Shown one piece after another: positions 22,456 to 31,402 of a stretch of 44,337 bases of DNA (position 1 is the first letter of the stretch; the number at the start of each line of letters is the position of its first letter). Source of the DNA: Rhizaria sp. SCN 62-66 (Eukaryota). The stretch is taken from positions 1 through 44,337 of the forward strand of contig MEDY01000443.1 of assembly GCA_001724265.1 (NCBI GenBank). The letters run 5' to 3'. The notes beneath the pieces are model-generated. The model was given only the letters and a program-made list of their open reading frames with translations, was not told the origin of the DNA and did not search any database. Made by a program: the position numbers and the translations under genes.

Positions 22456-23588
22456 TGGGCGGGGCCGGGGGTGCCACATCCACCACCCCCACGCCCGCCG
22501 CAGCCGCCGCCGCCGCTGCCGCCGCCACGGCCGCCGCAGCCGCTGCCGCCGCCGCCGCCGCCACCGCGGCGGCGGTCGCTCTGTCGGCCGGCTCCGTCCC
22601 TATCTCCGTCCCTGGCGGCGCCAGTGCATTGACCGGCGCTGGCACTATGACTGGCGCAGGGCTCGCCGGGAGCGGCGGGATGTCGACGCCGCCGCTAGTG
22701 CTCACGCCCATCTCGGGGCTCACCTTCCCTCAGCTGCGCCAGCTCGCCGAGCAGGCGCGCCGCCAGCAGCAACAGCAGCAGGGCCAGCAGGGCCAGGGGC
22801 AGGAGGCGACTGCGGCCGCCGCGGCTGCCGCGACGCTGTCCGCGCTGTCGGCGGCGTCGTCCCCCGCGCCCGCGTTCGGCCCCGCCAACAACGCGTACGC
22901 ACACCAGTTCAACGGTACCGGCAACGGCACCGGCAGCGCAGCTGCGAGCGTGAGCGGCAGCGTAAGCGGCAGCGTGTGCGGAGCCGCGGCGACGCGTCTG
23001 CCGCCGCACCTGGTGGCGGCGGGCCTCCCGACGCCACTGCCGGGCTCGCTCTACATTGGCCCGCAGCAGCAGCAGCAGCAGTATCAGCAGCAGCTGCAGC
23101 AGCAGGCGGGGCTCTTCGGCGTCCTGGGCAAGACGCCGTCGCCCGCGCCCCAAGTCGCCACCCACGCCGGCAACGGCGCATACGCCACCTCAAACGCGGC
23201 CGCGGCTGCGGCGGGCGCGGTGCCCAGTGCCAACGGCTTCCGCGTGGGGCCCCTGGACCACCACTCCGTCACCGCGGGCTCCCCCGCGCCGTCGACGTCC
23301 AACACCTACGGCAACGGCCACGGCCAAGGCAGCTACAGCGGCGCCGGCGCCGGAGCTGCGAGCACCGTGAGCGCGAGCGCCGAGAAGCCCACCGGTCTGC
23401 GCAAGGGCCGCCGCGGCCAGCAACAGCAGCATCATCAGCAGCCACAGTTCCAGGACGGCAGCCTGGCGCAGCAGCAGCCGCAGCAGCTGCTGCAGCAGCA
23501 GCAGCAGCAGGCGCCGCGGCATGCCGCGCAGCCGAGCCGCGCGGCGACGATGACTGCGGCGATGGGCGCGATGCTGCGCTCGCACCAC

Positions 23589-23625
<37 letters not shown>

Positions 23626-26000
23626 GCGGGGCGGCGGCGGGGCAAAACAACGCGTCGTTCTCCAACGGCTCCCCCGGCACTGCGCACTCGCACATGCACG
23701 CGCACGGCGGCCATGGCGGCCACGGCGCACAAGTGCAGATGCAGATGCACATGCCGCCGTCGCCGCCGCTGCCGCTGCTGGCCCACCCGCACCTGCAGGC
23801 GCACCAGTCCTACACGGCGGCCGTGCCGGTCACCGGTGGCGCCTTCACCATGTCCCCGACGCAGCCGCGGCGGCCCGCGGCGCACCACGGGTCCGCCACT
23901 AGCACGCCCGTGCCCGTCGCCGTTTCCGTCGCCGCGGGCGGCACGGCCACGACCGGCGCCACGCCGCAGGGCTCCCCGGTCGCGCCCACGCTGCTGCACA
24001 CGCACTCGGGCGCGTTCCACGGCAACGGCGGCAACGGCAGCGGCGGCCACCTCGGTGTGGCCGCGCTGTCGATGCCCGACAGCGCCGCGCTGCCCCCGCG
24101 CTGCAACACCAGCACAGGCTTTCACTACGCCAGCGCCAACGCCGGCCACGGCCACGGCCACGGCACCGGACGCGCAAGCGCGAGCGCGACGCCCGTCCCC
24201 GGCGTGCCGACTCTGGCAGGCGTGGACGTGGCGCAGCTGCTCTCGCTTGTGGGGCTGCGCACCGTTACCGTGCCCACGCCCACGGCCACGCCCGGCGCGG
24301 TCTCCGGCGCCGTGCCGCTGCCCGTGCCCCTCCCCGGCTCCGTGTCCGCCGGCGGGGCCGCGCTGTCCAGCGTCGGCGCCCGTGGCGCGACGCCGTCGCT
24401 GACCGCGATGGACGTGCTGCGCCAGCACACACCCTCGGCGGCCTCGCACGCGTCCTTTGCCGGCTCCCACTCGCAGCTCACACAATACCAGCCGCAGCCG
24501 CTGCTGCAGGGGCCCGGCGCGTCGCCGCAGCAGCTCGCGCAGGCGCAGGCGCAGGCGCAGCAGCAGCAGTCGCGGCACACGGCCGCGCTGGCCGCCGCCG
24601 AGGCCGCCGCCGCCGCGGCCGCCGCGCTGACGCCGCAGAGCATGGTGCGCGCGTCCTCGGTCGACACGGGTCTGCAAATGCACATGCCACCCGGCGTTCC
24701 CGCCACCGCCGCCGCCGCCGCCGCGCCCGCGCTCTCGTCCGCTGCCACAGCTGTTCCCGCGTCCGCGACCGCGACTGCGGCTGACCCTGCTGCGCTGGCG
24801 TCGTGGCGGCCGCTGACGGACCTGTCGCTGCCGCCGCTGGAGCGGTGCTTCGCGCTGTCGGTGGCGTGGGTGGCGTCGGGGCCGAGCCACCTGGACCGCG
24901 TTATCGGCCAGGTCGCGCTCGTTGACTGCTCCGGCAACGTGCTGCTCGAGTGCAACGTGCTGCCATCCGTGTCCGTCGTCTCCGCGCTCACCCCGCTGAC
25001 CGGCATCGTGGCCTCGGAGCTCACGGCGGCCGAGGGCGCGCTGCCGCTCGACGCCGTACGCGAGGCCGTGCGCGACGTGCTGGCCGCCTTCGCGCCGCCG
25101 CTGACGGTGGACCCGGCCGCGCTGGGCGAGGCCGAGGGCGGCAGCATGTGGTCCCGCGCCGCGTCCAACCAGCCGCTCTGGTCGCGCACCTCCTCGGCCG
25201 TGCTCATCGGCCGCCAGGTCGACCGCGCCGTCGCTGCGCTGGGGCTTCGCGCGCCCGTCCCGCCGCCCGGCTCCGCGGGCGCCGCCGCGGCCGCCGCGGG
25301 CGCGCTGGCTGCCGTTGCGGGCCCCGGCGGAGACTTCTCCGCCTGGCTCGACACGTCGGCGGCCTGGGCGCTGCCCGACGCGCGCTACGGCCGCACGCTC
25401 TACTCGCTGCACCACGAGGCGCGTGCGCTGCTGGGCGCCGACATCGCGCCCGCCGCGCTCGTCGCCTCGGGCATGCTGCCGGGCAAGGGCGCGCTGGCCG
25501 CCTACGCGCCGCCCGAGCCGGCGGCCGCGCAGGGCGACGCGCGCACACACGCCGCGCACATGTCGGCCGCGATGATGGCGCTCTACACGCAGCGCCGCGA
25601 CGCCGACGCAGCCGGGCGCGCCGCAGTGGCCGCGGAGCCCGACGGCGCGGCCGCCGCGTCGCTCGCCGCCGCTGCGGGCGCGGGTGCGGCCGTGTTTGCC
25701 GCAACCGCGGCCGCCGGTGCCGCGGCCGCCGCGCAGGCCACGGGCTCGCTCTCCGCGAGCGACGCCGCCGCAGCCTCGGTGCCAGCAACGACGGGCACTG
25801 CGGGCACTGCGGGCGCGTCGGGCGCGGCGGCGGGGCAGCACCCGCTGAGCGCGGTGTCGGTGCCGTCGTGGCTGTGGGCGTTCCACGACAAGCTGCGCAC
25901 GACGAGCAAGACGGCCACGCCAGCGGCCCTGCACCCTGTCATTGACGGCGTGTGCTCCGGTAACAGGCAGACGTGCATCTGCGGCGCGCCCTACTACTAA
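22455..26000 (+). CDS. Q/A/G/H-rich protein with a C-terminal degenerate DEDDh (REX4-like) 3'-5' exonuclease domain
   Basis: From ~24846: CFALSVAWVASG...IGQVALVDCSGNVLLECNVLPSVSVVSALTPLTGI...VLIG...YSLHHEARALLG, ending in DGVCSGNRQTCICGAPYY. This is the RNase T/REX-like layout but without the acidic catalytic residues. Stop is TAA. Confidence 0.75.
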
Positions 26001-27632
26001 ATTACGATACGCACGTACGAGACAATTTCTGACTATCCGCGCACATGCACGCGTACGCGTCTAGCTTTGCGGAGCACTGTACAACCACACGGACAGCGAA
26101 TAATAAGTAGACTGGAAGCAGCAAGTTACAAACCACAAGTCATGGTGACACTCTTTGTAATGCCTGCCGACACACTGCGCTTCACTCCAGTCACAGTTAA
26201 CAGAAGACACGTTTTTTTTTCGATTAAAAAATATCTCACATCTGCACCAACAATAACAGCGGCAAATATTGTCCTCAGTTTGTATTTGTTGCAGCTCTTC
26301 CGAAATCGTACATCGTCCTTTCATCCCCACTATGCTACACCACATCATTTTCACACACTCAAGTCAAAACAAAACAAAATTAAACGACTTTTGTCCAAGT
26401 TAAATTCTTGTGGACGTTTACTTCTTTGTCTTCTTCCCACAAACAATCTCTTTTCGCTCGCTCGTTTACGTACCACATTAAACGCCACTCCACTAAATTC
26501 CATTTCATCTGTCGTGACCCACTCGTGACGACACACGCGCGCGCGTGAGATCACACTCATGCTCGCAACCGTCCTGCCGATCTTCGCTGCAGACAGGGCG
26601 GCTTGTGTCATTTCTCTCGCCGCCGTTTGTTGTGAATATATCGAGTACTCAACTGCCATTTGTAACTTAGTTAATATTTTCTTTTTGCGTGTGTTGTTTT
26701 TTGTTGTTTCTTTTTCTTCATCATCATTATTCGTCTTTTATCTCATGATGCTTCAAAACCCAGTCTTTTCTCGCAAAAGACTCTGTTCGAATCTCTCTCA
26801 CTCGTTCTTCTGTGCATACTTTTACATAATTCCTATTTGTATTAGATCTTTTTAGTCATCACTTGCGTTTTTTTGTGCGTGTGCGTTCCATTCTGTTCAA
26901 TAATGATTGATCTTGTCTCTCTTGTCTACTCTTCCTTTTATCTCGCATCGCCATCAGTTCTATCTTGGCTCGTTTTTGTTTATAGATTTGTTTTTCTTCC
27001 ATTTTATTTTACATGTTCTTCAAATCATTTTTTTCTCTCGGTTACGTCACATTTATTGATGCTAATAATTGATGATAATTTGTGTCTCAGTTCGAGTCAG
27101 TTGGGTCGTCTGACATCCGCATATTCTGCTCCACGGCGTCATAATCATAAGAGCACAAAATGATTTTGTACGACTATTGATACGCCTGTCGTCTACTGCA
27201 ACTATCTCTGTACAATCGCTATGCTGGAAGGTGAAAGTGGGTCACTGTTGACCAACTGTAAACTTGGAAGCATTACTTTACCTACGTTTTTTTTTTTTAA
27301 ATATGAAGCTTTACGAACTTCTTGGAAGTCTTACAAATACATTCTTAAATCATCAATAGTTCAATACGTCTAGGATATTTGCGAATCCAATTGAAGAGTA
27401 TTATTGAGCTTGATGTTCGTGTTATTATTTCAGCGTTAAGTCATGTTCAGAAGTTTATTATGCTATTATTTATGCTAAGATACAATCGTGGCCCGTTTAA
27501 TTCAAAATACTAGGTAGAATCTGTCATATTACATCAATCGTTGATGTTATTCTTACGTGCGTTCTTACAACTCCAAGATGCAGTCACTAAGCTGATTTTC
27601 ACGGTCGTTACAAATATTACATGCAATCATAA

Positions 27633-29339
27633 TCACTTCCCCCCTTGCTGCTGTTGCTGCTGCAGGTTCTGCGCCTGTTGCCGCATCATCGCCTCTTGCA
27701 CCGTGCGCACCATGTCTTCCATGCACATCACCGCGCCCGCCTCCTGCCTCAGGTCTTCGTCACCCTCGTCGTCGCCACCATCGTCACGGCCGTCGCTCAT
27801 CGCCCCGGGGCTGAGCGCGGACTGCGCCTGCACGCCTCCGCGGGGCTGTGGCTGCGCAGCACCGGCGCCGGACTTGCCAGCAGCCGTGCCGGCCGCAGCG
27901 CTGCTGTTGGCGGCCTTGCGCGCGGCGGCCGCGGCGGCTCCGGGACCCACGCGGCGGCGGACGCCGAACCCATCGTTGAAGCTGCCACTGACGCCGCCGC
28001 TGAGGCCACTATTGAGACCGCCGTTGAGAGTAAGACCGGAGCCGAGGCCAGTGCCCGGGCCAGAGCCAAGGCCTGAGCCGAGGCCTGAACCGAGACCAGA
28101 ACCGAGACCAGAGCCGAGACCAATAGCGAAGCCAGCGCGAGGACTACCTCCGAGACCGGCACCGAGTGTGCTGTTGCCGGCGGTCGTAGTGGTAGCGCTG
28201 CCGCTGCTGTCGGCCTGCTCGAGACTGGCGCGGGCGCGCTTGAGGTAGTCCTGGAAGGTCTCGACGGGCGCGTCGGCGCTGATCTGCGCCTGCGCGAGCG
28301 CGCGCGTGGCCGCGTCTGACGCGGGGTCGAAGAAGGCTGCGAACGACTCGAGCGCGGCAGTTTCCTCCTCGTCGTCCTCCTCCAGCAGAGGGTCGACAAT
28401 CTCGTCCTCTTCGTCGTCTTCATCATTGCGCTCAGCGTCGTCGTATTCTTGCTTCGCAGTCACGGCGTCACCGGCATTGACGCCTTCCGTGTTGTTGTGC
28501 GGGTTGACGGGTACAAGACCGTGGGCAACTGCGCGCGCGTTAGCCTTGGCCAGAGCAAGCGCAGCCGCAATGCTGCCAGGAACAGCATCGGCTAATTCCT
28601 GTTCTTCGTCGTCATCGTCATCGTTGTGATGACCCTTACTGTCGTTGACCAGAGAGAGCTGCTGCATCTTCATGGCAAGCAGCGCGTCTTCGTCAAGATC
28701 CCGCAGCGCGCGCAGGGCCTCGTCGTCCTCCTCCTGCTCGCGCTCGGCCTCGGCGGGGATCGCGGCGGCGGGGTAGCGCGTCCACCGCTTGGCGGCGAGC
28801 CAGATCTCGGCGCGCGTCGCCGCGGCCCACGAGGGCGCAAAGCCGAGCCCGACCCACGTGCCCTCGCCTATGCCCTCGGTCGACGCAGTGCCGGAGGCGC
28901 CCGCGGGATCGCTGGCGCCGGCGTCGGGGGCTGGCGCGGAGGAGTTAGGGAGGTCCGCGAGGGGCCGGAGCACGGTGCGCGGGCGCCAGACCAGACCGCG
29001 GCGGTGCTCGATCACGGCGGCGCGGCCGGCGGAGGACAGGGAGGCCGGCAGCGGGGGCAGCGCGGCCACGCGCGCGGCCTCAGCGGCGGCGCCGGCGGGG
29101 GAGAGGCGCGCGGTAAGGTAGAGCAAACGCAGGTCAGCGTGCGTGCAGTTCAGCGCGGCGGCGACGGAGGCCGCAAGCGAGCGAACGGGAGACGTTGAAG
29201 GGACGGTAAAGCGCAGGGCAGCATCTCTGTCAAGGGAAATCGAAGGAATGTCATTGGTGGAGCCGAACAGGTCGACCACGTAGATAGAGAGCTCGTCAGC
29301 GCCGGCGGATGCCGTGACCGCAGGCGGCTCTGAAGACAT
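27633..29339 (-). CDS. Hypothetical protein (~568 aa) with a possible N-terminal ubiquitin-like fold, acidic middle and GLGS repeats
   Basis: Long GC-rich ORF with gene-like codon bias, bounded by AT-rich DNA. ATG 29339 follows an AG acceptor. The segment LSIYVVDLFG...[31 protein letters not shown] resembles a beta-grasp pattern (tentative). Confidence 0.7.
   Translation of the reverse strand: MSSEPPAVTASAGADELSIYVVDLFGSTNDIPSISLDRDAALRFTVPSTSPVRSLAASVAAALNCTHADLRLLYLTARLSPAGAAAEAARVAALPPLPASLSSAGRAAVIEHRRGLVWRPRTVLRPLADLPNSSAPAPDAGASDPAGASGTASTEGIGEGTWVGLGFAPSWAAATRAEIWLAAKRWTRYPAAAIPAEAEREQEEDDEALRALRDLDEDALLAMKMQQLSLVNDSKGHHNDDDDDEEQELADAVPGSIAAALALAKANARAVAHGLVPVNPHNNTEGVNAGDAVTAKQEYDDAERNDEDDEEDEIVDPLLEEDDEEETAALESFAAFFDPASDAATRALAQAQISADAPVETFQDYLKRARASLEQADSSGSATTTTAGNSTLGAGLGGSPRAGFAIGLGSGLGSGLGSGLGSGLGSGPGTGLGSGLTLNGGLNSGLSGGVSGSFNDGFGVRRRVGPGAAAAAARKAANSSAAAGTAAGKSGAGAAQPQPRGGVQAQSALSPGAMSDGRDDGGDDEGDEDLRQEAGAVMCMEDMVRTVQEAMMRQQAQNLQQQQQQGGK
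28035..28125 (-). repeat. Degenerate 12-bp tandem repeat encoding (GLGS)n
   Basis: Translation GLGSGLGSGLGSGLGSGLGSGPGTGLGSG, with synonymous variation between units. Confidence 0.85.
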
Positions 29340-29723
29340 TTGGTTCTGACCAGGACGATAGAGGCAAAAATACGTTTTCAAGCGGTGAGTAATCGATGAA
29401 ATATATTTCAGTATCAATCACACACCGTACTGCAACTAAACCAAAATTGACGATGACTTGAGCGAGATATATGTGTTGGCAGATCGCGGCAGTCGTCAAC
29501 TCGCGAAGACGGAGCTGTCGACCACAAATCGGTTTTGCGACGCTGCTCCATCAACCACTTCAAGTCGCTTTCAAACCACGTCGATCTCTCATTGCAGGAC
29601 TGCTGTAATCACATATCACCGGTTGTAAATCACTTTTGATAGACTTAAAACACTCTTAGTCAAGCTGCACTTCAGCTTATACCCAAAGTTTTATCTTCAT
29701 TTTTGTTTTGAATGTTTAGCACG

Positions 29724-31232
29724 ATGCAATTCACTGCAACATCGCCAGTGACAACGGCTGCTGATACCAAGTCTCGGCATGTGCTTTCAATTGCACAGTT
29801 CCACCCACTGCGTATGGAGCTGCTCTTCCGCACTGCGTTTTTTGTGCGCTAGCTTTCAATTCTTCGGATTCCGCTCGAGGTCGCCAAAGGTATGTGATAT
29901 TCAAGTTGTCCTTCCAATCACTTGCTCTCAAACCACATCAGCAAGCTCATTCACATGTTCTCCCTCGTTTGACATCGTTTTATAGGCCGCCTGATGACCC
30001 TTCTGTTCTTGGAGCCTTCGACTCGTACCTCCAGCTCTTTCGCAGCCGCGATGCAGCGTCTGGGCGGCGCTGTGAATCACTTCACGCCAGCAACATCGTC
30101 CACCGTCAAGGGCGAGTCGCTCGAAGACACTGTGCGCTGCCTGCAGAGCTACTCCGACGTCCTCGTCGTGCGCCACCCCGAGGCGGGCGCCGCTGCGCGC
30201 GTTGCGGCCACAGTAGACCTCGCGAACACGGAGAGCTCGCAGATGCTGCAGCCCCTAGACATGCTTCACCGCGTGGACTCAGACAAGCAGGGCGACTGTG
30301 CCTCGAGCCAGCGCGCGCTGCCGCACGGCCAGTGCGTGGTGATGAATGCTGGCGACGGCGCGGGCGAGCACCCGACGCAGGCGCTGGTGGACGTCTTCAC
30401 AATGCTGTGCGAGATTACCGACCGGAAGCAACCGCGACTGCTGCCGCTGTGGCGCTTCGAGAGGCTGTCGGGGTTCACCGTCACGCTGCTGGGCGACATG
30501 AAGTTTGGCCGCACCACGCACTCGCTTGCGCAGGCGCTGGGCACTGTTGCAGGCGCAAACAGCAAGGACGGCGACAAGGAGCCTGCACTTACTGTCGTGT
30601 ACGTTGCCCCTTCAGAGCTCGCGATGCCCACCGACATCATCACCGCCGCCGCTGCTGCGGCGACAGCGGGCGCTGATGCCAAGGCAAATACCAAGACCAA
30701 GACGAATGCAAAGTGCGACGCTGTTGCAGCGTCCTCCCCTAACGGCGTCACCGTAAGCGGCTTGTGCCAGCGCATTGCCGACATCTCTGCGCTGACGAGC
30801 GCGCCCAAGAAGGGCGTGCCCTGCCTGTTGGCGCAGACCGACGTGCTCTACGTCACCCGCGTGCAAAAGGAGCGCTTTCCCTCTGAGGATGCTTGGCAGC
30901 AATACCAGCAGTCTGTCTCCACCACAGCCGCAAGCAGCAGCGCGAGCGCCGTTGCTGCAAGCCAGGCTGCTGCGTCCAGCTCCAGCGGGTACTGCATCAC
31001 CCCGGAGCTGCTGAAGCAGGGCGAGGCGAAGCCGACGCTGCGCGTGCTGCACCCGCTGCCCCGCGTGGACGAGGTGCCGCCCGCACTCGAGGCCACGGAA
31101 CCGCTGCGCGCGGCGTACATGCGCCAAATGCGCTGGGGGCTGTATCTGCGCATGGCGCTCATCGCGGAGGCGCTGGGGGCAACGGACGAGATCGAAGCGC
31201 TCTACGCTCGCGCGATGGGGCAGGCTGAGTAA
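29724..31232 (+). CDS. pyrB: Aspartate carbamoyltransferase (ATCase), stand-alone; exons 29724-29889 and 29986-31232 (~470 codons) with an in-frame TAG at 29850-29852
   Basis: Exon 1 reads MQFTATSPVTTAADTKSRHVLSIAQFHPLRMELLFRTAFFVR*LSILRIPLEVAK, joined by a phase-1 intron (GTATGT...TAG, 29890-29985) to GRLMTLLFLEPSTRTSSSF. Further motifs KGESLEDT, VVRHP, NAGDGAGEHPTQAL, GDMKFGRTTHSL, DVLYVTRVQKERF, HPLPR. An alternative in-frame ATG lies at 29712. Confidence 0.92.
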
Positions 31233-31402
31233 ACCTTAGCACAAATTTCTCTGCTTGATCATTTTGGGGAGAAATTCATATGGCATGGCAGTTTGATAGA
31301 TGGTTGGGTTTTTGATTGGAAATAAATATACACAGTTGTATTTGAATCCATCGATGTTTCTAAGTAGCAAACTATCTATGTCAACATTCCTCATCTTCCG
31401 TT

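Noticed and set aside
22438-22503. GT...CAG 66-nt intron as a fix for the ORF break
   Set aside because: Its length is a multiple of three, so it would not reach the downstream frame; it is also GC-rich and lacks the GTACG donor.
27069-27113. TGATGA...CTGA pair resembling box C/D
   Set aside because: Only about 45 nt apart, imperfect box C and no terminal stem; likely chance in AT-rich DNA.
26001-27632. Short ORFs in the long AT-rich spacer (likewise 38902-40182 and 43347-44337)
   Set aside because: No coding-type codon bias or motifs; consistent with UTRs and intergenic DNA. I did not exhaustively re-translate these with TAG read as sense.
29850-29852. Pyrrolysine or selenocysteine explanation for the in-frame stop
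   Set aside because: Selenocysteine uses UGA, not UAG. Pyrrolysine is known only from prokaryotes, and this position is non-catalytic.
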